Shown here: positions 27,501-36,047 of the stretch, piece after piece
Position numbering within the stretch: the first letter of the stretch is position 1
How the letters are laid out: each line of letters starts with the position of its first letter
Assembly: GCA_002503285.1 (NCBI GenBank)
Contig: DARI01000006.1
Coordinates: 4,068 to 68,067 of the forward strand
DNA from: Euryarchaeota archaeon UBA557
Lineage (GTDB): Archaea; Thermoplasmatota; Poseidoniia; Poseidoniales; Thalassarchaeaceae
DNA length: 64,000 bases
Direction: 5' to 3'
Made by a program: the position numbers and the translations under genes
The notes under the pieces: model-generated
Told to the model about the DNA's origin: nothing
The model's database searches: none
The model's input: only the letters and a program-made list of their open reading frames with translations

Positions 27501-27691
27501 ATTTAGATGTTGAAGCAATGATAGAATTGGATGTATGGATTCAAGGACTTGAATTAAATGCTGAAGATTGGACCCATATTCTGACTGAGACCAGAGCAGG
27601 TACATCATCCCTAAATAAGGGAGAAATACCTATTGATTCTGATAAATTTAGTGTAGATGGCGTAAATATTTTCTTTAACACAACTTCATAA
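24503..27691 (+). CDS. ileS: Isoleucyl-tRNA synthetase
   Basis: About 1062 aa. 'PPTANGKPGIHH' is the HIGH motif and 'KMSKSKGN' the KMSKS motif. It also has 'WISRERYWGTPIP', a CxxC zinc module and an editing-domain region. The track start at 24500 is TTG; the adjacent ATG at 24503 is preferred. Confidence 0.95.
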   Translation: MVVPNSPGELNPVALENSLMQTWNEEKTFEKSIDNRKVNTSPFTFLEGPPTANGKPGIHHVLSRLYKDMVCRWKTMEGHIVERKGGWDTHGLPVEIEVQKKLDLMSNEAIEEYGMEKFNQKCKESVWEYEESWREMTERMAFWVDMDNPYITLHDEYIESAWWSLKQMHDKGLLFRGHKVLPYCPQTGTSYSTHEVSQGYKEVSEPAVFIKFKLVGEDASILAWTTTPWTLPGNVGLAVGPDVTYCRIRVNANPSDSWKGRGGAKIGEELILAKDLLGDVLRHHMEIIEEFPGSVLVGKSYSPIFPDAIERGDSDTAWTVVGADFVTTTDGTGVVHTAVMYGEDDYNLGMKMGFPAQHTVGMDGKFISGTHDILDGRYVKECDSDIIDLLEKEDKLYREHIYTHDYPHCWRTDHPLLYYAMDSWFVRMTAVKGKIIQYNSEVEWAPDWTGSGRVGEWLRNLKDWAISRERYWGTPIPVWICQDCGHEHCIGSIEEMNDLKTSESPTPKELHRPFVDQVKLHCTGPNCNGEMIREPYVMDCWFDSGCAFFAQWHYPFENEDKFAGSFPVDYICEAVDQTRGWFYSLLAVSTAVFDSISYKRCLSLGHILDNEGKKMSKSKGNVVNPWDHFNKEGADAIRWYMVTQSAPWNPMNFDPNGVRETYGKMFLTLWNVHRFHSDYAALDGFDPENKDGWIEVDSRSQLDRWILSKISRVAETFDDNFTTWEFHKAGRELESFVVNDLSNWYVRRSRRRLWDEVDSNDKRACQHTLHEVLTVVSRLMAPISPFMADRIHRDLNGFSVHLADWPLGSELVERNLPPQDYALEQQMKLVRDMAEAGRRIRVDSERRQRLPCRNGWIIGGPDISEFHDILSEELNVQNLTTESDLDKFQKVVLLPNRKVLGSKCRSDLPAVLRELELVEPDSFLLEIQAGIAALAGYDISMEDITIKRVERDDYSASTLSNTDIGDVTLILDMHTDSNLLSKGLARDIIRRIQSKRKDMNLDVEAMIELDVWIQGLELNAEDWTHILTETRAGTSSLNKGEIPIDSDKFSVDGVNIFFNTTS

Positions 27692-27713
27692 TACCTGACT
27701 TACCCCCAAGGAC

Positions 27714-28085
27714 GTGAAACAATCAGTGATTAGGCTTTATGGAATATATCATGCAGATGGGGGCATAATTGGTGAATTATCATATGTGATTGGTAAATTT
27801 AGAGGAACCGCTCATTGCTCTTTATGTGACATAACACATAACAAAATATCAGCAAAGAAAGAGTGGAAAGAATTGGTAAATAACCTGGGAGCCCCTATAG
27901 AACTTCTTCATTTAAATGAAAGAAGTAATGAATTAATGGAAGTTTCAGATAATAAAACTCCATGTATAGTATCCAAAGTTAATAATAAGTTAGAAATTAT
28001 AATTACCTCAGAAGAATTAGATATATGTAAAAAATCCGTAGATAAATTTAAAGAAATACTTAATGATAAGTTATTAAAAATATAG
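27714..28085 (+). CDS. Conserved-looking hypothetical protein with 'HCSLCDITH' CxxC motif
   Basis: 123 aa, starting with GTG 22 nt after the ileS stop. 'YGIYHADGGIIGELSYVIGKFRGTAHCSLCDITH' looks like a defined but uncharacterised family. Confidence 0.4.
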   Translation: MKQSVIRLYGIYHADGGIIGELSYVIGKFRGTAHCSLCDITHNKISAKKEWKELVNNLGAPIELLHLNERSNELMEVSDNKTPCIVSKVNNKLEIIITSEELDICKKSVDKFKEILNDKLLKI

Positions 28086-28242
28086 TTTATTAATAATTAT
28101 TCTATAATGTGATTCCAAAGCCTGCTAATAATAAAAACACTAAAACGATACCCAATATTACTAATATGGAGGGCCATTATTCATAATTAAAGCAATAATG
28201 GATAATTATTTAGTTATTTCGTCAATGGACTTATTATAACAT

Positions 28243-29073
28243 TTAGATCAATTCACTGCAGTACTTACAGAATTTTGCATCATGATCGTGTCCTTCTTTA
28301 GAACATGATGGGCATACCTGAGTACTTACTGGGCCAATTTTTGCTAGTTCAGTAGAAATTATTCCTGTTGGAACGATAATTAGGCTATATCCCATAATCA
28401 TAATAAATATTGCCAATATTTTTCCCAGAGGTGTGGAAGGGACAGTGTCGCCGTATCCAGTACTAGTTATTGTCGTTATAGACCAATAGACACTTTGTGG
28501 GATTGATGTGAATCCATTTTGAGGACCTTCGAGTAAATACATACCTGCACCACTTATGAAACATAATACTAAGACAGTAGATAGGAATACAATTATTCTA
28601 GATTTGGATTGAGTAATCGCCTTAGTAAGTACAAATGATTCATCCAAATACCTACTAAGTTTGAAAACTCTAAAGATGCGAAGAAGTCTTAAAGCCCTAA
28701 TAGTAAGTAAACTTTGGAAACCCACTATTCCAGTTAATAGCGCTAAATAAGTAGGAAGTATGGCAACTAAATCAACTATCCCAAAAAAAGATTTGACATA
28801 TTTTACTGGTTTTTTAACGGAAATTAATCTAAGGACATATTCAATAGTAAATAATATTGTAAAAATCCACTCTGTCACTACTAACTGGCTATGATACTTG
28901 GAATCTACAGAATCAATGCTTTCTAATGAAACTGCAATTACTGATAATAAAATAGAAATTAAGAGCGCAATATCAAAATATTTTCCGTAAGTTGTATCTG
29001 CCTCAAATATAGTTTCATGGATTTTTTCTCTAAATGAGTTAGGTGGACGGATGGCATAATCATCTACATCCAT
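28243..29073 (-). CDS. Voltage-gated K+ channel (6TM) with C-terminal zinc-ribbon
   Basis: 276 aa. The S4 segment is 'LRALRLLRIFRVFKLSRY' and the selectivity filter is 'TSTGYGD'. The C-terminal 'CPSCSKEGHDHDAKFCKYC' is a CxxC-x11-CxxC zinc-ribbon pattern. Confidence 0.85.
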   Translation of the reverse strand: MDVDDYAIRPPNSFREKIHETIFEADTTYGKYFDIALLISILLSVIAVSLESIDSVDSKYHSQLVVTEWIFTILFTIEYVLRLISVKKPVKYVKSFFGIVDLVAILPTYLALLTGIVGFQSLLTIRALRLLRIFRVFKLSRYLDESFVLTKAITQSKSRIIVFLSTVLVLCFISGAGMYLLEGPQNGFTSIPQSVYWSITTITSTGYGDTVPSTPLGKILAIFIMIMGYSLIIVPTGIISTELAKIGPVSTQVCPSCSKEGHDHDAKFCKYCSELI

Positions 29074-29114
29074 ATTAACGCTAGATAGGAGGTGGTCAAG
29101 TATTTTGCTGGCAT

Positions 29115-30548
29115 TTATGTAGAGATACCATAAATCTCTGGCAATAATAACTCCACTCCAAATAAAGGATCTGGATCTGTTGAATCATGATATGCAATAA
29201 ATGAGCCCCCGTCTGGTAAAATTCCCATACTTGCAAAATCAAACCTGATGTCGGCACCAGCTCCAGAAGTAGAATCTAAGTCACCTTGTCCAAGATAAGT
29301 TTTAGAATCAGGAATTAGGCTGTCTGAGAAATCCCTTACGTGCCATGCAATATCTACATCTGGTCCTGAAGCGCTTTGATATCTAACGTTAAGAACAAAT
29401 AAATCATGCACCCCATTAGAGTGGAATTCCCACTCCTCTATTTCTGTTGCGAAACCAGACAATTCATAGGTATTGTTACTCCAAGATTCTCCCCCATCCC
29501 ACGACATAAGATGAGTTATTTCCGTACCTTCTGCTATAACGCAATGCAATGCAGATGAAGAGTCTATAGCGCAATATTCAGATGGTAATGTAGAGCCATT
29601 TAATGAAGTGGCCGACCACCAATTTAACGAGGTGTCCAAGAAGGCATCTGTACCATCAATAAAATAATTTGGAAAATACAATCCTCCTGAAGGGACTGGA
29701 AATGCACGCATTTCTTTATGTGGTTTAGTGAAGTCCCACTCTGGACCCAAAGAAGAAGCCGTTAAATCTACTTCAATAGATGCTAGACTGCCATCTCTGT
29801 CAGGGAAATTGATATAATCATAATTTAATCCATCTGTAGATATTTGGCCTCCTATATTTTGTACTTGATGCCAAAAATTTGATATCACAATAGTAGCATA
29901 ATCACCATTTCCATATATTCCTCCATTAATTGGCCCTATTACTTCTACCTGCCAAGATCGATCATAAAATGGTTCAGGAGTTCTATTGAAGCACCAACTC
30001 CATTCCTCATCATCCGCATCATACAAAAATGCATAAAATTGATCCGCTCCACTGAGACTGGGATAGGGGAACCAGCCCATTGAAATCAAATCGCCATTAG
30101 TTGCTTGAACAATACTACCTTCTCCGAGACCTTCTTGCCCAGGGACCGTAGGTTTAGGCTCTAAGCAACCTAGTTGAGAAAATATTTCTGGAATATATTC
30201 TTGCCATGTATGCCCTCTATCTTCGGACCAGGTGGGATATTCTCCTCCAAAGTTAACTATCCAACCTTCTTTGGTTCCAGCCAAATAATGTTCACAACAA
30301 TTTCCTCCCTCTTCATTTCCAAAAACTGCCCATGAAGCATTTCCCCATGTTTGATTATCATATGGATTTCCCACTATAAATTCCCTAGAATCTTCAAAAT
30401 TTTCTGGATTTTCAATATAAAACAACCCGGAATCCCAATCTATAATTTCATTTTCAACAATTTCACTATCTCCAAAACACCCTGCAAAAACTGTGCCTGA
30501 AACTATTAAAATGCAGAAGAAATTAACCACTCTGCTGGCTCTAGCCAT
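29115..30548 (-). CDS. Secreted BNR/Asp-box repeat protein (sialidase-fold-like), lipobox-like signal
   Basis: It has two Asp-boxes, 'SEDRGHTW' and 'SWDGGESW'. The signal peptide 'MARASRVVNFFCILIVSGTVFAGC' follows from trimming the start to M14 of the track ORF. Confidence 0.6.
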   Translation of the reverse strand: MARASRVVNFFCILIVSGTVFAGCFGDSEIVENEIIDWDSGLFYIENPENFEDSREFIVGNPYDNQTWGNASWAVFGNEEGGNCCEHYLAGTKEGWIVNFGGEYPTWSEDRGHTWQEYIPEIFSQLGCLEPKPTVPGQEGLGEGSIVQATNGDLISMGWFPYPSLSGADQFYAFLYDADDEEWSWCFNRTPEPFYDRSWQVEVIGPINGGIYGNGDYATIVISNFWHQVQNIGGQISTDGLNYDYINFPDRDGSLASIEVDLTASSLGPEWDFTKPHKEMRAFPVPSGGLYFPNYFIDGTDAFLDTSLNWWSATSLNGSTLPSEYCAIDSSSALHCVIAEGTEITHLMSWDGGESWSNNTYELSGFATEIEEWEFHSNGVHDLFVLNVRYQSASGPDVDIAWHVRDFSDSLIPDSKTYLGQGDLDSTSGAGADIRFDFASMGILPDGGSFIAYHDSTDPDPLFGVELLLPEIYGIST

Positions 30549-30823
30549 AATAGGACGTAGCGGGGGGTCGTATATCCCACTTATCATCTGTATTTACAAA
30601 TATAGTTTGAATTTTATAAATTATTTAATTGTAAAATTTAATCATTTCAGTTTAGAAGATTTGCCCTCATATATCTCCACATTGTTACTTTAGTATTTTC
30701 TATATTGATATTTAGTTCCCATTGTATTATCTCATAGTATTATTATATCAACATAGGTCATTAACATCTACACTTGCATATAGTTAATTATTTATATTTT
30801 ATGGCATTTAAATGGAAAAAATA

Positions 30824-31687
30824 CTAAGGTTGATGCAATAAATCATTTCCTATTTCATGTACAATATCAAATGGTAATTGAATAGAAGTAGTTGCTCCGA
30901 ATTCCACATGTAAATTAAGTTCAATTCTTTCTCCTACTTCAGGAACGCATTGTATAAAATCTAATTCTGTATGCACGGCCATATCACCAGTAATAAGTTC
31001 AGTTGGTAAAATATCAAAATCTTGTCCAAATGTGTTTAAACCGTCAGAAAGTCTTGATCCAGAGAGTGTTATTGTGTTAAAATCGAATCCGAAACTACCA
31101 TCCTCCTGATTGCATGCCACGGACCAACCTATATCTCCTGCTTGAATAGGAGGAGATCCTGCGGCTAATTCGATAATAAGTAATAATCCAAATCCTTTTA
31201 TTTTCATAGAAGAAAGTTGGTCATTTTCTAACCCTACAGCCTGTAAATCACCTAAATCATAATTTCCTTCGCCCACTTCTGCCTCCCACGCACCATCGAA
31301 ATTTTCACCTTCGAACATACTTGCTGCACAACCTTCTTCGATCCTTATGGATGATGCATCATTGTCAACTGCTCCAGCGGCTATGAAATCCTCTACCAAA
31401 AAATCTCCAACTCCAAACGTTGCACTCCAACCACCGAATCCAGCATGTTGAAATAATACTACATTGCAATTCCCGCCTACGCTCCTTATGTATGCACCAG
31501 TTAATTTTACTCTCTTTGATACTTCATATTGAACATCATTAGATGTTGAATCTCCATCTTCTTTTAATTTTTCAGCCATCTCCATAATTACTGAACTAGA
31601 GATTGCAGCAACTAGAATCAATGCAATGAAAATTATCATCGCCCCTATTCCTATTGAACCGGAGGCGGAATTTTTGTCCATTCGCAT
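30824..31687 (-). CDS. Archaellin (FlaB/ArlB)-family protein with an inserted beta-gamma-crystallin domain
   Basis: 287 aa. 'SASGSIGIGAMIIFIALILVAAISSSVI...GDSTSNDVQYEVSKRVKLTG' matches the class-III signal and N-terminal helix of archaellins. Residues ~74-164 hold two Greek-key signatures ('LFQHAGFGG...DNDASSIRI' and 'MFEGENFDG...ENDQLSSMKI'). The C-terminus 'ERIELNLHVEFGATTSIQLPF' is archaellin-like. Confidence 0.7.
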   Translation of the reverse strand: MRMDKNSASGSIGIGAMIIFIALILVAAISSSVIMEMAEKLKEDGDSTSNDVQYEVSKRVKLTGAYIRSVGGNCNVVLFQHAGFGGWSATFGVGDFLVEDFIAAGAVDNDASSIRIEEGCAASMFEGENFDGAWEAEVGEGNYDLGDLQAVGLENDQLSSMKIKGFGLLLIIELAAGSPPIQAGDIGWSVACNQEDGSFGFDFNTITLSGSRLSDGLNTFGQDFDILPTELITGDMAVHTELDFIQCVPEVGERIELNLHVEFGATTSIQLPFDIVHEIGNDLLHQP

Positions 31688-31745
31688 ATCTCCTATGTAT
31701 CTCTTGTGTATTATGTTATGTTTATTTTTGAATAAGTAACAAGAA

Positions 31746-32387
31746 TTATTCTTTTATAAATCCAGAGGGAATGTCATATGATGTTTGAGATTTTGATTTT
31801 GAAAAAATAAATAAAATAACTGCAAGAATTGTTGTATTACAGAGCATAATTTGTCCAACTGAAATTAAAACCCATATTTTTTCCATTAAATCTATAGTAT
31901 CGCCATAAGTATTAGTATAACCAAAATTGTATTCTGGAGTGATTCCTGGGCCAGTGTAAAACATCATAACTAGATGTATTTGACTAGTTACATAAATTAC
32001 AAACCAGCAGATAGTCAATTTGAACCCAAGTTCCCTTTGACCGCTCCATAATGTTGGAACTGCCATTAATCCTAAAAAGAATAATATGATTCCGTAAATT
32101 GCATAGAATTTAGAAAAATTTTTGAAATTATCTAGATAATCAATTGTTTCATTCCAAAATTTATTACTTTCCTCCCAATCATTTATTTCTTGCTCCGTTC
32201 CGTTTTCGGGATAAATTTCTAATTCATTAAAATCCCTAGGAACTTGATCTATTAAAATAGGAGTTAATACTCCAGATGCTATTTGAAATAACATTAAAAA
32301 CATCATTATAGCCATAAATATAGCTAGACTTTTGAGCCACCATTTAGAAGGTTCAGGAATTGAATATGGTGTTTCGATGTGTTCCAT
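31746..32387 (-). CDS. Hypothetical 4-TM membrane protein
   Basis: 213 aa with four hydrophobic helices and an acidic extracellular loop. No recognised motif. Confidence 0.5.
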   Translation of the reverse strand: MEHIETPYSIPEPSKWWLKSLAIFMAIMMFLMLFQIASGVLTPILIDQVPRDFNELEIYPENGTEQEINDWEESNKFWNETIDYLDNFKNFSKFYAIYGIILFFLGLMAVPTLWSGQRELGFKLTICWFVIYVTSQIHLVMMFYTGPGITPEYNFGYTNTYGDTIDLMEKIWVLISVGQIMLCNTTILAVILFIFSKSKSQTSYDIPSGFIKE

Positions 32388-32431
32388 TTTTCATAATCAA
32401 GATAAACATATATAAAATTCTATTTATTCAA

Positions 32432-32893
32432 CTAAATTAATATTCTTGATAGTTTCTCTGGTTGGGCCCTATTCTTAGTGTGTATACATTGTCTTGATGG
32501 GTTAACAATAAATCCATTTCTAAGGAAATTTCTTCCAAGAATTATTCGATGTTTCATTTTAGAACGATTTTGGAGACAGATTTCTACTTGATGGAATCTG
32601 CCTGCAATCTCTAGTTTTGTAGATATTACTGGCCTTAAAGTGGCATAGCCACTAGTATCTCTTACTTTTCTCCATCTCACTATTTCCCTAGTAAATGTGT
32701 TACCGTCTTTGATTAGTTTGAATTTCACATATTGATTATTTTCTTTATTAATTATTTCAATATCTAAAGCGTTAAGGGTATTTGACCATGCCCCAGTGTC
32801 TGTTTTTGCCATTATTAGATTAGTTTCCAAATCAGGAATTCTGACCCATTCTCTCCAGCCTATAATTACATATCCGACTGACATCATTTTCAT
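32432..32893 (-). CDS. Retropepsin-like aspartic protease (DUF785 / RimB-like, 'ATP-dependent zinc protease' family)
   Basis: 153 aa. 'GWREWVRIPDL....MAKTDTGAWSNTLNA' matches the family signature (E.v.lP.L....AKiDTGA.tS.L.A), and it ends 'ILGRNFL'. Confidence 0.7.
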   Translation of the reverse strand: MKMMSVGYVIIGWREWVRIPDLETNLIMAKTDTGAWSNTLNALDIEIINKENNQYVKFKLIKDGNTFTREIVRWRKVRDTSGYATLRPVISTKLEIAGRFHQVEICLQNRSKMKHRIILGRNFLRNGFIVNPSRQCIHTKNRAQPEKLSRILI

Positions 32894-32985
32894 CGGAATT
32901 CCTTTTTATTTTTTATATCTCCTCTTTAAAAATTTGATCTAAATAAATAGAATTATTCAAGTATGAGTGTTGATGGCCATACCTA

Positions 32986-34449
32986 ATGGCGAAAGGCGAA
33001 ATACAAGAAGCTTTGACTTTTGATGATGTATTGCTACTTCCCTCTGAATCTTCAGTTCTGCCTGCTGAGGCGAATATTGAGACGCAATTGACCAAGAGTA
33101 TAAGGCTCAACAATCCAATTATATCAGCAGCAATGGATACTGTTACTGAATCAGGGATGGCGATTGCAATGGCACAAGCCGGCGGCATTGGAGTAATACA
33201 TCGAAATATGACAATTGACCAACAAACTAATGAGGTTGATAAAGTAAAAAGATTTGAGTCAGGACTAATTTTAGATCCAGTTACAGTATCATCAGACATT
33301 ACAATAGGAGAATTAAGAGAGATTAAATCAAAATACGGATTTTCTGGATTTCCAGTTATTGATAATTCCAATAATTTGGTTGGTTTGATAACCAATAGAG
33401 ACATTAGATTCGTTGAAGATGATAAAACTAAAGTTTCAGAAGTGATGACTACAGATTTGGTTACTGTCCCTGAAGGCGTTGATAAGGAAATAGCCAAAAA
33501 AATGCTTCATAAAAATAGAATTGAAAAGTTATTAGTTGTAGATAGTAGTGGTAATTGTGCCGGAATGATTACTGTCAGAGACATACAGAGAAATCGAGAT
33601 AATCCAGATTCTTGTAGAGATGATCGAGGAAGATTGAGAGTTGTTGGCGCAACAGGAACAGGTGAAAAAGGAGTGAATAGGGCATTAGCGCTATTTGCAT
33701 CTGGTGCTGATGCAGTGGCAGTAGATACAGCTCATGGTCACTCCCATGGAGTTTTAGATACTGTAAAGAAGATTAGGGAGTTGGGGGGCGACAAGGTTCA
33801 AATTATTGCAGGCAATGTTGCAACTGGAGATGCCGCTGAAGCACTCATTAAAGCCGGTGCAAATGCAATAAAAGTTGGAATTGGCCCCGGCTCGATATGT
33901 ACTACTAGAATTGTATCTGGTGTTGGAGTTCCCCAATTAACTGCGATTATAAATGCCGTTAATGTTTGTAAAAAGTATGGAATACCAGTAATTGCAGATG
34001 GAGGAATAAAATATAGCGGAGATATTGCAAAAGCCATAGCAGCAGGTGCGGATTGCGTCATGGCTGGCTCTGTACTAGCAGGAACCAATGAGTCTCCAGG
34101 AGAAAATATTCTTTATCAAGGAAGATCGTACAAAGTTTATCGTGGCATGGGATCAGTAAGTGCAATGACTGAGGGATCTCATGAAAGATATTTTCAATCG
34201 GAGCAAGGAGATACACAAAAATATGTACCTGAAGGTATTGAAGGTAGAGTTCCCGCTAGAGGGCCTGTGGAAAATGTAATTTTTCAACTAATAGGTGGCT
34301 TAAGATCCTCGATGGGCTATACAGGTAATAAAAATATAGAACAAATGAAAGAAAATTGTAATTTCGTAAAAATTACAAATGCTGGATTAGCAGAAAGTCA
34401 TGTCCATGATGTCGAAATAACTAGAGAAGCCCCCAATTATAGAAGATGA
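32986..34449 (+). CDS. guaB: Inosine-5'-monophosphate dehydrogenase
   Basis: 487 aa. It has '[10 protein letters not shown]', a CBS pair, '[11 protein letters not shown]' with the catalytic Cys, '[11 protein letters not shown]' and 'GSVLAGT'. Confidence 0.95.
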   Translation: MAKGEIQEALTFDDVLLLPSESSVLPAEANIETQLTKSIRLNNPIISAAMDTVTESGMAIAMAQAGGIGVIHRNMTIDQQTNEVDKVKRFESGLILDPVTVSSDITIGELREIKSKYGFSGFPVIDNSNNLVGLITNRDIRFVEDDKTKVSEVMTTDLVTVPEGVDKEIAKKMLHKNRIEKLLVVDSSGNCAGMITVRDIQRNRDNPDSCRDDRGRLRVVGATGTGEKGVNRALALFASGADAVAVDTAHGHSHGVLDTVKKIRELGGDKVQIIAGNVATGDAAEALIKAGANAIKVGIGPGSICTTRIVSGVGVPQLTAIINAVNVCKKYGIPVIADGGIKYSGDIAKAIAAGADCVMAGSVLAGTNESPGENILYQGRSYKVYRGMGSVSAMTEGSHERYFQSEQGDTQKYVPEGIEGRVPARGPVENVIFQLIGGLRSSMGYTGNKNIEQMKENCNFVKITNAGLAESHVHDVEITREAPNYRR

Positions 34450-34453
34450 TTTT

Positions 34454-34975
34454 ATGGATGAGATAGTATTTGGTGGAGGTTGTTTTTGGTGTACAGAGGG
34501 GGCTTTGACTGGACTTAAGGGGGTGAATAGAGTCACTCCAGGATATTCTGGAGGATATCTAAAAAATCCAACCTATGAGCAAGTTTGCAGTAAGAAAACA
34601 GGGCATGCAGAAGTTGTTAAAGTGAGTTTTGATCCTGACATAATATCATTAAAAAAATTATTAATGGTTTTTTTTACTTCTCACGACCCAACACAACTAA
34701 ATCGGCAAGGCAATGACATAGGGCCCCAATATAGGAGTATCATTTTATTCAAAAATTTAGAACAGAAAGAAGAAATAAAATTAGTTATTGAAAATATACT
34801 TACTTTATATAAAAATAAAATAGTCACTGAAGTTGTAGAATTGAAGGAATTTTATGAAGCTGAAAAACATCATCACGACTATTATAGTAAAAATTCATAC
34901 CAACCATATTGTGCAATGGTAGTTGCACCAAAAATAAAAAAGGTTAGAAAAAAATTTGCACACCTTTATGATTGA
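34454..34975 (+). CDS. msrA: Peptide-methionine (S)-S-oxide reductase
   Basis: 173 aa. It has 'GGGCFWCTEG', 'GYSGG', 'GHAEVVKV' and 'HDPTQLNRQGNDIGPQYRS'. Confidence 0.92.
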   Translation: MDEIVFGGGCFWCTEGALTGLKGVNRVTPGYSGGYLKNPTYEQVCSKKTGHAEVVKVSFDPDIISLKKLLMVFFTSHDPTQLNRQGNDIGPQYRSIILFKNLEQKEEIKLVIENILTLYKNKIVTEVVELKEFYEAEKHHHDYYSKNSYQPYCAMVVAPKIKKVRKKFAHLYD

Positions 34976-35142
34976 TATGTTTTAAAAGTTATTAGTATTA
35001 AATAATAAGTATTTGGATTGTAATTTTTAGCACGTAATTTCTTATCACTCATTTTAGTGAAGATATATTCGGCAGAAATGATATTGTAGTAAATACGTAA
35101 ATATTTGTATATATTTAGGGTAACCTTCAACTGTCAGGAAAA

Positions 35143-35580
35143 GTGCATCGGGATGTGAAACATGACGGAGGTAGTCAAGATGATCATTCAGATAAGGCAT
35201 GGGCAATACACGCTGCCATTATTGGATTAAACTCCGGTAATTTATTATTTAGAGGATTAGAATTAGATCAAGATAATCCTGAACTTTTGACTGTTATTTG
35301 CCTATCTACACTTGCTATTGCTTTACCATTTCAGGCTATTTTTTTCCTCATTAATTCCCATATTCAAGAAACAACCAATGTACATGAGTTAGAGTATCAA
35401 ATGTTACTAAGATTATCAGTTATCTGTCAAACAGTTTCTTACTTTTCACTAGTAAGTATTGGCATATTGATGTATACTACTCATATGTACATTGGGCTTT
35501 CATTTACTGCAGGTACAGTAATTGCATTTTTCTTGTTAAAATCTGCCTTAAATCAGGTAGACAGATTAGCTAAATTATGA
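35143..35580 (+). CDS. Hypothetical membrane protein
   Basis: 145 aa, starting with GTG, with three or four hydrophobic helices and no motif recognised. Confidence 0.4.
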   Translation: MHRDVKHDGGSQDDHSDKAWAIHAAIIGLNSGNLLFRGLELDQDNPELLTVICLSTLAIALPFQAIFFLINSHIQETTNVHELEYQMLLRLSVICQTVSYFSLVSIGILMYTTHMYIGLSFTAGTVIAFFLLKSALNQVDRLAKL

Positions 35581-36021
35581 AAAATTTAAATCTTTTGGTT
35601 TTATTATTCTTTCTAAAATCCAATTGCCATTGTTTTCGTAAATTAAAGCTACTGATGCGGTTGGCATCTCGTGCCATTCACCAGTTAAAGTATTAATCAG
35701 TAACTCACAACCCGGATTATGTCCTAATATCATAGTTGTACCATGATCATGACAATGTTCCAATGATAACAATAATTGATCAATTCCTGCAAGATATATC
35801 TCTGGCATGATTTTTATTTCGACTTCATTCGAATCAAAATTCATTGCAGATAATGTTTCGAGAGTGCGTGTTGAACTGCTGACTAATATCAAATTTGGAA
35901 GAAAATTTATCCTAGATAATTCCTGATGAATTCTAGGTGCGTCATTCAAACCACGAGTATTTAGAGGACGATCATGATCATTTAGATTTAGATTCTTATG
36001 ACTACTTTTAGCATGCCGCAT
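35575..36021 (-). CDS. Histidine-phosphatase superfamily protein (SixA-like)
   Basis: 148 aa. It has the N-terminal 'MRHAKS' (RHG-type catalytic motif), 'RPLNTRG' and 'ILGHNPG'. Confidence 0.65.
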   Translation of the reverse strand: MRHAKSSHKNLNLNDHDRPLNTRGLNDAPRIHQELSRINFLPNLILVSSSTRTLETLSAMNFDSNEVEIKIMPEIYLAGIDQLLLSLEHCHDHGTTMILGHNPGCELLINTLTGEWHEMPTASVALIYENNGNWILERIIKPKDLNFS

Positions 36022-36047
36022 TATTATTAATCTTTTTTTATTGATTG

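Noticed and set aside
28086-28242. A hydrophobic peptide frame (…WPSILVILGIVLVFLLLAGFGITL*) on the minus strand, in the gap between the CxxC protein gene and the K+ channel gene.
   Set aside because: That frame has a stop codon immediately upstream of the hydrophobic stretch and no in-frame start codon, so it is not a gene as it stands.
32913-33497. A 194-aa minus-strand ORF antisense to the 5' part of guaB.
   Set aside because: It is entirely overlapped by the unmistakable IMP dehydrogenase frame. Its product is low-complexity (Ser/Thr/Ile/Leu-rich) with no motif, which is typical of an antisense shadow ORF in AT-rich DNA.
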